A stretch of DNA of 56,853 bases, taken from Minisyncoccota bacterium. GTDB taxonomy: Bacteria; Patescibacteriota; Minisyncoccia; JAHIHE01; JAGLIN01. Under the pieces are notes generated by a model that saw nothing but the letters and a program-made list of their open reading frames with translations, ran no database searches and was not told the DNA's origin. Of the stretch, positions 48,373 through 56,853 are shown piece by piece (position 1 is the first letter of the stretch; each line of letters starts with the position of its first letter). The position numbers and the translations under genes were made by a program. The stretch covers positions 1 to 56,853 of the forward strand of contig JAGLIM010000036.1 of NCBI GenBank assembly GCA_023142995.1, in the 5' to 3' direction.

Positions 48373-49131
48373 CTAGTGTTTCTTCAACACCCGATGCGGC
48401 AATCCATGTCCCAGCAATTCAATATCACATTTATAGGTTTTATCTAACATTTCGTTTGTCATTTCATTGGTACTATGACAATATAATCTTTTATTCAAAC
48501 AAGCAACTTTATTAACATGCTTAAATATCACACCAATATCGTGAGAAACAATAATAACAGCTGAATTCTTATTTATATCTTTTAATAGTTCCCAGAATTC
48601 TTTTTCTGATTTTTCATCTATACTTGCAGTTGGTTCATCTAGAATAAGTAACTTTGGATCTCTGATCAAAGCGCGCGCAATATAGACTCTCTGTCTTTGA
48701 CCGCCAGATAGTTCACCAATCTGCTTATCTTTAAGCTTCCATAAATCAACAAACTTCAAAGCTTGCTTTGCTAATTTTAGATCTTCCTTGTTATATTTTT
48801 GAAATATACTTTTTTTGCTTAAAATCCCCATTAAAACAATATCCAAAACACTTACAGGACAATCCAGATCAATTTTTAAAAACTGCGGAACATAACCAAC
48901 AAAATCTCTTACTTTCTTTGGTTTTTTATTAAACACCAAAATACTCCCCTTGTCTGGCTTTAAAAGTCCTAGAACAATTTTTAACAAAGTAGTTTTTCCT
49001 CCACCATTAGGACCAATAATACCCAAAAAATCATTTTCAAAAACTTCTAAATTTATATTTTTTAGAATCTTATTCTCTTTCTGATAAGCAAAAGAGAGAT
49101 TTTTGATTGTGATGATTGGTTTATTTATCAT
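48373..49131 (-). CDS. znuC: metal ABC transporter ATP-binding protein
   Basis: Walker A GPNGGGKTT, signature LSGGQRQR, Walker B LLILDEP, H-loop VSHD. Confidence 0.9.
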   Translation of the reverse strand: MINKPIITIKNLSFAYQKENKILKNINLEVFENDFLGIIGPNGGGKTTLLKIVLGLLKPDKGSILVFNKKPKKVRDFVGYVPQFLKIDLDCPVSVLDIVLMGILSKKSIFQKYNKEDLKLAKQALKFVDLWKLKDKQIGELSGGQRQRVYIARALIRDPKLLILDEPTASIDEKSEKEFWELLKDINKNSAVIIVSHDIGVIFKHVNKVACLNKRLYCHSTNEMTNEMLDKTYKCDIELLGHGLPHRVLKKH

Positions 49132-49205
49132 ATGTATTTTAGAAATATCATTTCAATACTGAACTAAATTCAGCATAAACTACAACGAAAATCTATTATT
49201 ACTAC

Positions 49206-49679
49206 TTATTTTACTATATCACTTTTATCTACTATTAAATTTTTAATTTCCTTATATTGTGATTGATCCATCTTTATTGTTTGAGTAATAAATATCATAA
49301 CTATAATTGATATTACAGATAGTATAATAGCACCCATAGCAGTTCTATATGCTTCAGCAGCTGTCTTTCTGGCTTCTTTTAATTCAAGATAATCAATATA
49401 TTTAAATTGCGAATCTAAATTAATTATAAATTTAGTTTTGTCATCCTGATATCCCGTCGTTGTCTCAACAGCCAAAAATAGTGTTTCTAAATTAGGATAA
49501 TTACTATTAATAGTAAGTGGTTGTTCATTTTCGTAAGCTCTATTTAAATATCTATTAACTATATTCTTTTCCCAATTATTTAGTTTTAATTGTTTATCAT
49601 TAATAATACTATCATAATTAAATCCTTCTGGATGTTCTATGCCAAATTTGATAACTCGTATATAAATATTTTCTTTCAT
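49206..49679 (-). CDS. hypothetical protein with C-terminal TM, embedded in the znu cluster
   Basis: 157-aa ORF with TM GAIILSVISIIVMIFIT. No family recognised. Confidence 0.4.
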   Translation of the reverse strand: MKENIYIRVIKFGIEHPEGFNYDSIINDKQLKLNNWEKNIVNRYLNRAYENEQPLTINSNYPNLETLFLAVETTTGYQDDKTKFIINLDSQFKYIDYLELKEARKTAAEAYRTAMGAIILSVISIIVMIFITQTIKMDQSQYKEIKNLIVDKSDIVK

Positions 49680-49727
49680 TTATTTATAATAATTTTTAAA
49701 TGCAATGGTTTATGCTTACAAAAAATT

Positions 49728-49862
49728 TGTCATTCCGACTGGAATGAGTGAGGTACGAACGAATGGAACGGAGGAATCGCTCTGAAACTCGTATTCCTTT
49801 AATAAACATTTTGTGAAATTAAGAGGGATCCCTCGACTCCTATCGTCGCTCGGGATGACAAG
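49728..49862. repeat. GTCATTCC.../...GGGATGAC-type palindromic modules between znuA and ORF 49206-49679
   Basis: GTCATTCCGACTGGAATGAGTGAGG... and GGGATCCCTCGACTCCTATCGTCGCTCGGGATGAC. GC-rich relative to the flanks. Confidence 0.7.
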
Positions 49863-49874
49863 TTCATCAATTTC

Positions 49875-50735
49875 CTAATTTCCAATTTCTATTGCTATTC
49901 TCCTTAGATTTTCAATATAATCTTCTGCCAGCGGATCAAGAGAAACAACATTACCATCTATTTGCCTTGCAATCGCTTCAGCGCTTTTTTGACTAAATTG
50001 TCTTTGGACAAAAATCGTTTTGATATTCTCTTTTTTTGCTGTATCAATAATTTTCACTAAATTTTCCGCACTTGGTTCTTTACCGTCTATTTCAATCGCA
50101 ATCTGTTTAAATCCGTAATCCCTTGCTAAATATCCAAACGCTGGATGGAAAACTAATATCTTTTTTCCTTGCATCTTTGAAAAGACATCTTGCAGTTCAA
50201 GATCTAAACTATCTAATTCTACTAAGTATTCATTTTTATTTTTCTTATAAAAATCTTCATTTTCAGGATCTATTCTTACAAGAGCATTACAAATATTTTC
50301 TATTTGTATTTTTACTAATTTAGGTGATAACCAAATATGCGGATCACTATTATAAACCTCAATTCCTTCTGAAGAATCTATTACTTTCATTTTAGAATTT
50401 AAATCCTTCAATTTCTTCATCTGCGATCTCTCAAAAGGAATATGTCCAATCTTAATATATAGATCAGCTCTACTTAATTTTTTCAACTGTTCTATGGATG
50501 GCTCATAAGCCGCAGGACTAAACCCTGGTGGGATCATCGCTTCAACATTTACTTTATCTTTACCAATACTTTTTGCAAAATCAATCTGTGGTAAAATAGA
50601 AACTACAATATTTATTTTTTCTTTTTTGTTATTAGAAGCTGTATTTTCAATATTTATAGTGATAAAAATGATCACAGCTAAAATAACCAACAAGCCACTA
50701 GCTAAAACGATTAGATTATTTCTTGTTATTTTCAT
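49875..50735 (-). CDS. znuA: metal ABC transporter substrate-binding protein (ZnuA/TroA family)
   Basis: N-terminal anchor, then IVVSILPQIDFAKSIG...DPHIWLSP...LVFHPAFGYLARDYG...VQRQFS, the typical cluster A-I SBP pattern. Confidence 0.85.
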   Translation of the reverse strand: MKITRNNLIVLASGLLVILAVIIFITINIENTASNNKKEKINIVVSILPQIDFAKSIGKDKVNVEAMIPPGFSPAAYEPSIEQLKKLSRADLYIKIGHIPFERSQMKKLKDLNSKMKVIDSSEGIEVYNSDPHIWLSPKLVKIQIENICNALVRIDPENEDFYKKNKNEYLVELDSLDLELQDVFSKMQGKKILVFHPAFGYLARDYGFKQIAIEIDGKEPSAENLVKIIDTAKKENIKTIFVQRQFSQKSAEAIARQIDGNVVSLDPLAEDYIENLRRIAIEIGN

Positions 50736-50882
50736 AAACCCTTTAAGTATTTTTAATTACAAAATTCAACTATAGAAAACCGTCTAATATTTATGATACT
50801 TTTTACTTTATTCACACTATTAAATTGCTTTGCACTTCACTTTGGTGAAGATTTAACAGGGTAAACTTTCAACTTATTTATG

Positions 50883-50975
50883 TGCTCTCAGTAGGAATCC
50901 GTAAGTCCGCCTTGGGAGGAGAACCTACGTCACGGATTCCGCAAACCCGCGTTCTATCCGTTGAACTATGAGAGC
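50883..50975 (-). tRNA. tRNA-Arg(GCG)-like gene with a 21-nt insertion in the T-loop (possible intron-containing tRNA or pseudogene)
   Basis: Minus-strand read: acceptor GCTCTCA/TGAGAGC (7 bp perfect), U8, D-arm GTTC-AACGGATA-GAAC (G18 G19 A20), anticodon arm CGGGT-TTGCGGA-ATCCG (anticodon GCG), 4-nt variable region, T-stem GTAGG/CCTAC. The T-loop is 28 nt: TTC + 21 nt (50900-50920) + GATT. Discriminator is A and no CCA is encoded. Confidence 0.5.
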
Positions 50976-51038
50976 TTAAAAGATTATTTCGAAACAAAAC
51001 CATTCAATAAAACTAAAAATGACTGATCTTTAGAACAA

Positions 51039-51785
51039 TCATTCATCATCATTATCTTTTCTTTTTTCTGTCATATAATCATATAGCTCGTCATCAGAAA
51101 CATAATCATCTATATCATCTTCTTTTTCAAAATTAAGCAAAGATTCAGTTAGTTCATTTTCATAAAGAAAATTATCCAGTACTGCTCTAATATAAAGCGG
51201 GTCTTGATCAATTAAATAAATAGTTTTAATCGGCAACACAGAGTTTTTTAATTCAAATTTCAAAACACTATATTCTTCATCTTCAATTACCTGAAACAAC
51301 CTGATCTGACGATATCTATATAGCTTATCATCAATGCTAATCCCATCTAAATCAATCTTATACTCAACATCACGTGGCTCTTGATACATATATATTCCAA
51401 GAACAACGAGCATCATCATAAACGTAAGAACTGGGATAAAGCTTCCTTGCAAAACAAAATGTACAACAGCAATTATTGCCAATGCCGCAGAAAGATAATA
51501 GATAACCATATCTCGCAAAGTTTTAATATGCTCTGGCGCTGTCCATTTAGCAAAGTTTTGATCGTCATCTTTTGCTTTCTTTATTGCCTTTTTCACAGTT
51601 TTCTTAATCTTCGCTTCTTGCTCTTTCAAAGCAACAGCTTCTTTTTTCTTAGGAGCTACTCTTTTAGGAGCTGTTTTCTTTTTTGTTAAGTTAGCTTTTT
51701 TAACAGTTTTGCTTTTTAGCTTTTTAGCTTTTGGTTTTAATATTTCTTTTTTATTTATTTTTTTTGTTGCCATATTTTTGAACAA
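51039..51785 (-). CDS. hypothetical membrane protein with lysine-rich (histone H1-like) N-terminal tail
   Basis: The first roughly 75 residues are K/A/P-rich (KPKAKKLKSKTVKKANLTKKKTAPKRVAPKKK). Two TM helices follow, then a small PH-like C-terminal domain and an acidic tail. Confidence 0.5.
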   Translation of the reverse strand: MFKNMATKKINKKEILKPKAKKLKSKTVKKANLTKKKTAPKRVAPKKKEAVALKEQEAKIKKTVKKAIKKAKDDDQNFAKWTAPEHIKTLRDMVIYYLSAALAIIAVVHFVLQGSFIPVLTFMMMLVVLGIYMYQEPRDVEYKIDLDGISIDDKLYRYRQIRLFQVIEDEEYSVLKFELKNSVLPIKTIYLIDQDPLYIRAVLDNFLYENELTESLLNFEKEDDIDDYVSDDELYDYMTEKRKDNDDE

Positions 51786-51890
51786 TTAAATTAAGCTTCG
51801 CATATTTTTCTGCTTTTACTTTTTTATTTTATCATTTCAAAGACAAATAGTAAAGAAAAAAGATAAAAAATACAACAATCAAAAATAAAC

Positions 51891-51932
51891 TAATAACCTC
51901 TTTTCTGACGACCGTCAGGAAAGAGGTTATTA
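51891..51932. repeat. same hairpin family, copy 2 (about 40 nt after the capA stop)
   Basis: TAATAACCTCTTTTCTGACGACCGTCAGGAAAGAGGTTATTA. Confidence 0.85.
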
Positions 51933-51971
51933 GCAAAATTTAGTGAAATACGGACAAAATCTGAAACAATA

Positions 51972-52997
51972 TTAAAACTTCAATCTTTCTAAGATCATTT
52001 CTGCTTCTGTGCCCTCTAGGATGGTTGGTTGAGAATAATCATAGATCTTAACTGGGATGAATTCAATGCTTTTGATCTTCTTGTTTTGAAATGTGATCTC
52101 CGCAATCGCGCCTAGTCTTGTTTCGTTTGACCACATTTGATCAAAAACAAAATTACCAAGACTATAAATGATATATCCTTGTTTATATTTTTGAACATTT
52201 TGAACAACATGCGGATGATGACCAATGATCAAATCTGCTCCTGCATCAATTGCTTTTTGCGCAAAGTTTTCTTGAAACGAACTTGAAGAAGTTTTATATT
52301 CAGTTCCAGCATGCATAGAGACTATTACAATATCATTTTTAGATTTTGTTTTTTTGACATTCTCTTCCATCTTAGTAATAGACATATTCGCCATACCATA
52401 GATATCCCCATCAGAAGATCTGCGTTGATCAAAATTATATGTAAATCCAAGAAAAGCAAATTTTGTTCCCTTGATATCTTTGATCACAGGCTTATAAATT
52501 TCTTCTTCACTCATTCCTGCTCCAATGTGCGAAATATTATTCTCATCTAAAGTCTTAATCGTACTTTCAAGACCATCTCTCCCAAAGTTCATAATGTGAT
52601 TATTTGCCAATGATAAAACATTAAATCCTGCAAAAACAAGACCTTCAACTGCTCTTAAGTCTGTTCGAAACACCATTTCGTTATTCCGTATCGCTCTTCC
52701 ATTTATTATTGAAGTTTCAAGATTTCCAAAAATAATATCTCCAGTCTTTGTTTTCTCCGCTGTTTTTAAAAAAGGATACTTAAAATCCCCATTATTAATC
52801 ATTTTTCTTTCTACTTCCCGAGAAAGCATAATATCGCCAACTGCAATCATCCTTACTTCATCTGAAACATCATTTTGCGTATATTCTTCATTATTAGAAT
52901 TATTCAAAATTGATGGAAAACCAGCACTTGATACTAGAAAAAGACTCATAACAATGAATCCAATAATATTAATTTTAATTTTTACTAACTTATTCAT
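51972..52997 (-). CDS. capA: CapA-family (PGA_cap) metallophosphatase-like protein
   Basis: GDIMLSR, GNLE, ANNH, HAGTEY and GHHPH motifs of the CapA/PGA_cap family, with an N-terminal anchor. Confidence 0.8.
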   Translation of the reverse strand: MNKLVKIKINIIGFIVMSLFLVSSAGFPSILNNSNNEEYTQNDVSDEVRMIAVGDIMLSREVERKMINNGDFKYPFLKTAEKTKTGDIIFGNLETSIINGRAIRNNEMVFRTDLRAVEGLVFAGFNVLSLANNHIMNFGRDGLESTIKTLDENNISHIGAGMSEEEIYKPVIKDIKGTKFAFLGFTYNFDQRRSSDGDIYGMANMSITKMEENVKKTKSKNDIVIVSMHAGTEYKTSSSSFQENFAQKAIDAGADLIIGHHPHVVQNVQKYKQGYIIYSLGNFVFDQMWSNETRLGAIAEITFQNKKIKSIEFIPVKIYDYSQPTILEGTEAEMILERLKF

Positions 52998-53103
52998 AAA
53001 AGAAGCTGTTTTTATTAGACATATCTCAGATATATTTTATCACATAACTCAAGCTCTTGCCAAATCTAAAGCAAAATGCTATTTTGTTTAGGTAACCGAA
53101 TTT

Positions 53104-53131
53104 AGTATCAAGTATATAGTATTAAGTATTA
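53104..53131. repeat. (AGTATNA)4 heptamer array
   Basis: AGTATCA AGTATAT AGTATTA AGTATTA. Same unit as the array at 13468-13509. Confidence 0.7.
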
Positions 53132-53143
53132 AACGTTATTGTT

Positions 53144-53211
53144 ATTCTGAACTAATCCCACGACAAGCTCAGAGCCTGTCCTGAATTTAGTTCAGGAATG
53201 ACATTATTCAG
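53144..53211. repeat. hairpin module, near-identical inverted copy of 45294-45353
   Basis: ATTCTGAACTAATCCCACGACAAGCTCAGAGCCTGTCCTGAATTTAGTTCAGGAATGAC matches the reverse complement of 45294-45353 at about 95% identity. Confidence 0.85.
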
Positions 53212-53259
53212 ACAAAAAATTGAGAAAAATTTAAATTTTATAAATTATCTTATTTATCT

Positions 53260-53349
53260 GGAGAGTTGACAGAGCGGTCGAATGTACCGGTCTTGAAAAC
53301 CGGAGGGCCCTCACGGGTCCCGGGGGTTCGAATCCTCCACTCTCCGCCA
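53260..53349 (+). tRNA. tRNA-Ser (anticodon UGA)
   Basis: GGAGAGT acceptor pairing with ACTCTCC; D-arm with GAGCGGTCGAA; anticodon loop CTTGAAA (UGA); long variable arm GGGCCCTCACGGGTCCC; T-arm GGGGGTTCGAATCCTCC; discriminator G; encoded CCA. Confidence 0.92.
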
Positions 53350-53375
53350 CATTGAGCTAGCACGAAGAGACTTGT

Positions 53376-53403
53376 ATAACACTCTACTAAGAGTGTTATT
53401 TAT
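53376..53403 (+). terminator. hairpin terminator after tRNA-Ser
   Basis: ATAACACTCT-ACTA-AGAGTGTTAT followed by TTAT. Confidence 0.5.
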
Positions 53404-53506
53404 ATATTCAATTTTCTATTTTTTAATATAAAATAATGTTATAATATTGTTATAAACAAAAGAAATTATTTCAGAAATATTAATCTAATTATTAACTAAT
53501 TTTAAA

Positions 53507-55666
53507 ATGACAACTGATTGGGAAAATATACATTTGCATAAACGAGTTAATGAAGTAGAAGAAGAAAATAAAAAAGAAGTTGAACTTTGGTCTATCACGG
53601 AAACTGATGATGGAAAGTTTGAAGTAATATTTCCATCTGTTCTTTTTTATGAAATTGAAGGATATTGTGGAACTCAAAAGATATTATTTGAAAGTAGAGA
53701 TGAGGCAGAAAAAGAAGTTGAAAGTTCAAAAAAAAGAGATAAGATATTATTTGAACTATGGTCACTCAAAAAAAGTTTTATCAAAGATTTTTACGAAATT
53801 GATCTAATTGAAGATGATAGATTTAAGGTTACAATTCCTGCTTTTTTTGATTCAGAAAATGGTCATTATATTGGAAAAACTTCAAAAGATTTTGATTCTT
53901 GGGATGAAGCAAAAGCTTTTTACTTAGAACATCTTGATGATCAATCAAAATTAGTAAAGAACCCCATTATTGAAATTCAACTTAGCGAAACAGAGAAAAT
54001 AGCCTATTCAGATCTAGATAATTTTGATCCAATCGTAATACCGTCAGATAAACCAAAGAAGATTCCAAAATCCGTTGAAAAATATATGAGAAATCAAGAA
54101 AAAGAAGTAATGAAGTTTGAAAGTGATACCACTTATCAAAAAACGATCAAAGAAGATAACTGGGAAATGAAATTGTTTGGTTTTATCTCTTCGTATTTAA
54201 AAGAGGAAGGAAAAGAGATAATGGAAGATTTGCAAATTGAAAATCTTAACTATCTCACCCCTCGACAAGCCATAGATATAACAACACGAATCATAGTTGA
54301 ACTGACAAAATATAAATGGAGCGATGTAAAAAATAAAAAAGATAATAATCATTTAGATTGCTCTAAAAAAACAAATGCTGATCAGAGTACTACTATAAAT
54401 TTATTAAAGCAAGGTCTTGCCAATGGGAATAATGATCAATGGGAAGGAAATGGTGTATGCAGAAATTTTGCATCAATGACTAAAGCAGTATTTGAAGCAA
54501 TTAAAGCAAATCAAACAAAATTCAATTATTTGCAAGATACGTATTGCTTGTATAAGGATGGCTCTGATCATAAGCCTCAGCGTAAAAATTATGCAGTTAC
54601 CGAGACTAATGTTGTTGGTCATGCCTGGAATCCTTTTGTAGCAATATCTGAAAATGAAGCAAACGCAACTATAGTTGACACTACATGGGCAAAGAAAAAT
54701 CTTGATACGGGAGAAATCGAGGGTCTTGATCATACATTAACACGAATGGAGCCTGTTATTCATAAAATTGCATTAAATTTAAATGAAAATACACCGAACA
54801 AGAATGAACAGCTTGAGCATATTTTATCATATTATGCGCTAAAAATAGAAAGTCCAGCTGTAATAACATACCGTCTTTCATCTATTAACAAATTAGATGC
54901 AGAAAGAAAAGGATATTATAAAGATATGGCAATTAAATATTTTAATCATCATAAATTAGATCTGAATCAAACATCAGAAAACGAACTAATCAACATTGGT
55001 CAAAAATTAATACAATATTCTTCGGCAATAAAAAGACATAAAAGAGAAACTCAATTTTTTGTATGCCAAACGGTAGAAATTTTAAATAAACAAAATGACA
55101 TTCCTTCAATTGATGCAGGTCTTTTGAAAGCAATCAATTCAGAATATATTGAAATTGCGGAAAGTTCTGAATTATCAGAAATTGAAACTTTATGGCAAAT
55201 TAAAAAATCAAATCCTGATTTCTCAATTGACGAAATTATAAAAAATTATTTTAAAAATAAAACTATAAGTGATTATAATAAAAATGAAATAATGACTAAG
55301 AATAATGAATTGCAACAAGCTCTATTTAAACAAATCAAAACTTTTCCAAATTTTGAGGAGATCATAAACAATAATCCTGAATTAAGAATCAGGATAAGAG
55401 AAACGATGCCAGAATTATTTTCAGAATTTTCCCCTGCTTCAAATGAAGCAGATATTAAAGAATTAATGAATTTGATAAAATATAAAACACGTTTTGACTC
55501 AATTGTTTCATTACTAGATAAAAAAACATTAACTCAAGAAAATGTAGATATCTTTTTTGAAAAAGCAAGAGAGAAATTAAAAGAAGATAGACCAGAACAA
55601 TATGAAAGTCACGCAAAGCATCTTGATGATTATGAGCTAATTAAGCAATTCAATTCATTTTATTAA
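53507..55666 (+). CDS. large hypothetical protein with central transglutaminase-like (papain-fold Cys-His-Asp) core
   Basis: 719 aa. GNGVCRNFASMTKAVFEAI (Cys), VVGHAWNPFVAI (His) and ATIVDTTWAK (Asp), in the order and spacing of transglutaminase-like cysteine peptidase cores. The flanks are helical and lysine/glutamate-rich. Confidence 0.5.
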   Translation: MTTDWENIHLHKRVNEVEEENKKEVELWSITETDDGKFEVIFPSVLFYEIEGYCGTQKILFESRDEAEKEVESSKKRDKILFELWSLKKSFIKDFYEIDLIEDDRFKVTIPAFFDSENGHYIGKTSKDFDSWDEAKAFYLEHLDDQSKLVKNPIIEIQLSETEKIAYSDLDNFDPIVIPSDKPKKIPKSVEKYMRNQEKEVMKFESDTTYQKTIKEDNWEMKLFGFISSYLKEEGKEIMEDLQIENLNYLTPRQAIDITTRIIVELTKYKWSDVKNKKDNNHLDCSKKTNADQSTTINLLKQGLANGNNDQWEGNGVCRNFASMTKAVFEAIKANQTKFNYLQDTYCLYKDGSDHKPQRKNYAVTETNVVGHAWNPFVAISENEANATIVDTTWAKKNLDTGEIEGLDHTLTRMEPVIHKIALNLNENTPNKNEQLEHILSYYALKIESPAVITYRLSSINKLDAERKGYYKDMAIKYFNHHKLDLNQTSENELINIGQKLIQYSSAIKRHKRETQFFVCQTVEILNKQNDIPSIDAGLLKAINSEYIEIAESSELSEIETLWQIKKSNPDFSIDEIIKNYFKNKTISDYNKNEIMTKNNELQQALFKQIKTFPNFEEIINNNPELRIRIRETMPELFSEFSPASNEADIKELMNLIKYKTRFDSIVSLLDKKTLTQENVDIFFEKAREKLKEDRPEQYESHAKHLDDYELIKQFNSFY

Positions 55667-55715
55667 GTGATTAAGATGAAACTCCCCACCGCAAGTAAAT
55701 GAAATATTAAAAAGT

Positions 55716-55748
55716 TAAAAAAACCACACTAAAACGAGTGTGGTTTTT
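55716..55748 (+). terminator. intrinsic terminator after the 53507-55666 gene
   Basis: AAACCACACT-AAAACG-AGTGTGGTTT followed by a T-run and preceded by an A-run. Confidence 0.7.
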
Positions 55749-55756
55749 GAGATTAT

Positions 55757-55897
55757 AAAAAACTCTGCGCAAATAATTTCGGAGCAAGATCGAAGAATAT
55801 TTATGTTTTTATGATATATTTAAATATTGTTCGACTTTATGGAGAACTTTACGCAATAAACTTATCAACTACGCTATCGCTCCGCTCAAAGAATATT
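55757..55897. repeat. same palindromic family: partial copy (55757-55803) plus divergent full copy 3 (55823-55897)
   Basis: AATATTGTTCGACTTTATGGAGAACTTTACGCAATAAAC...GCTCCGCTCAAAGAATATT. Upstream, AACTCTGCGCAAATAATTTCGGAGCAAGATCGAAGAATATT resembles the right half. Confidence 0.65.
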
Positions 55898-55933
55898 ATA
55901 ACTGTTGCAAAGAAAATTTAAAACACACCTCTC

Positions 55934-56830
55934 CTACTCATCAAAAAACATTATATGGAAATAACTTGTTGTTTGATAGTCATTATTCTTTGTTATGTCA
56001 GTTGAATTTGAATTTTCAATGACTGAAAAGTCAGTCAGTCCAAGAAAGCTCATATTATAAAGAAGAATTGAGATAGAAGCAGCAGAATCTAAATTATCGC
56101 TATTAAACGAATATAATCTTTCAAAATCAAAATTTTCCATAGCTGTAAGAGTTACAGCATCTCTCAGTCTTGCCTGAGATCCTGTTAGATAGTGAGAAAA
56201 ATCCACTGACGAAACTATAACTACTCCATCTTTGGCAGAATATTTTTCCAGTTCAGTCGCAAATTCGTATGCCTGATCCAGATCTGTCTCTAACGAAAAT
56301 AGTATAGGAACAATTTTAACTTCTGGAATATAATATTCAATAAAAGGAATATGAGACCCAATTGCATGGTCTTTTTCCAGAACCTGATCATCAATCTTGA
56401 TCAAACCTTTATTCATCAGCTCATCAATTATCAAGCTATCCGTTTTGATGATCTTTTCATTTGCCATCCACGGCAATTTACTGCTCAGTGGAGCTTCTCT
56501 GTTTAACTGGTAATGATTTGGACCCAAAATAATGATCGTATTAACTTCTGTCTTTGATAAATTGTAATAGAAATCCGCAATTATTCTGCTTGCAAGCATA
56601 TGATGTGGAACAATTCCACCTTTTATATTCCCAGAATAAGAAACATCCTTTCTTTGAGAAGATATTCCAGCTTCAAATAGTTCTTTTTCATATTCAACTT
56701 TGTGATATTCGTCCGTTTGAATTTTGCCAGAAAAGCTATATTTATTACCAGATAACAGATCAAAATCAAATGAACTAAAGAATATGATCAAAACGAATAT
56801 TAATAATACAATTATTTTTCCTAATACCAT
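55934..56830 (-). CDS. AmmeMemoRadiSam system protein B (MEMO1-like)
   Basis: GGIVPHHMLAS, IIILGPNH, DHAIGSHIPFIEYY and VDFSHYL motifs typical of the Memo family, plus an N-terminal TM. Confidence 0.75.
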   Translation of the reverse strand: MVLGKIIVLLIFVLIIFFSSFDFDLLSGNKYSFSGKIQTDEYHKVEYEKELFEAGISSQRKDVSYSGNIKGGIVPHHMLASRIIADFYYNLSKTEVNTIIILGPNHYQLNREAPLSSKLPWMANEKIIKTDSLIIDELMNKGLIKIDDQVLEKDHAIGSHIPFIEYYIPEVKIVPILFSLETDLDQAYEFATELEKYSAKDGVVIVSSVDFSHYLTGSQARLRDAVTLTAMENFDFERLYSFNSDNLDSAASISILLYNMSFLGLTDFSVIENSNSTDITKNNDYQTTSYFHIMFFDE

Positions 56831-56853
56831 TAATCTTTTTTATGATGTAATAA

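Noticed and set aside
50883-50975. Reading the extra 21 nt of the tRNA-like gene as a type II long variable arm
   Set aside because: The extra nucleotides lie between the two T-stem strands (GTAGG...CCTAC directly abutting the acceptor 3' strand), not between the anticodon stem and the T-stem. No alternative T-arm can be drawn next to the acceptor stem.

Overview
AT-rich (about 30% GC) bacterial segment, almost all coded on the minus strand. Gene content and style fit a Patescibacteria/CPR-type small genome; this is inferred, as no rRNA marker lies in the window. The main system is a secretin-less, retractile type IV pilus (T4P) locus in two blocks. Block one is pilM-pilB-receiver-pilT-pilA-(GT-C membrane protein)-pilD at about 18.0-25.4 kb. 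Block two is pilN/pilO-like genes, a 2043-aa vWA/LamG cysteine-rich giant protein, pilC and four minor-pilin genes at about 0.17-12.7 kb. The blocks are separated by ligA, gatC and gatA. The rest is housekeeping and accessory: valS, recG, hsp20, an HD hydrolase, two MFS transporters, a CDF transporter, a metallophosphoesterase, znuABC-like genes, capA, a Memo-like gene, large secreted repeat proteins, tRNA-Ser(UGA) and an odd tRNA-Arg-like gene. Most noteworthy: (1) a complete PhzF/DapF-fold domain of about 256 aa inserted inside valyl-tRNA synthetase; (2) a four-helix-bundle (23S rRNA IVS-type) gene fused in frame as a roughly 145-aa leader onto a minor prepilin, bracketed by 7-bp-periodic inverted repeats; (3) the same 7-bp-periodic repeat style forming long hairpins around gatC/gatA and an in-frame insert in valS; (4) a tRNA-Arg(GCG)-like gene with a 21-nt insertion in the T-loop; (5) an 84-bp GC-rich double palindrome inserted in frame in recG; (6) several nested palindromic/MITE-like repeat families filling intergenic and intercistronic gaps. 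No CRISPR array, transposase, reverse transcriptase or rRNA was seen. All calls rest on reading the sequence and motifs by eye; no database search was run.
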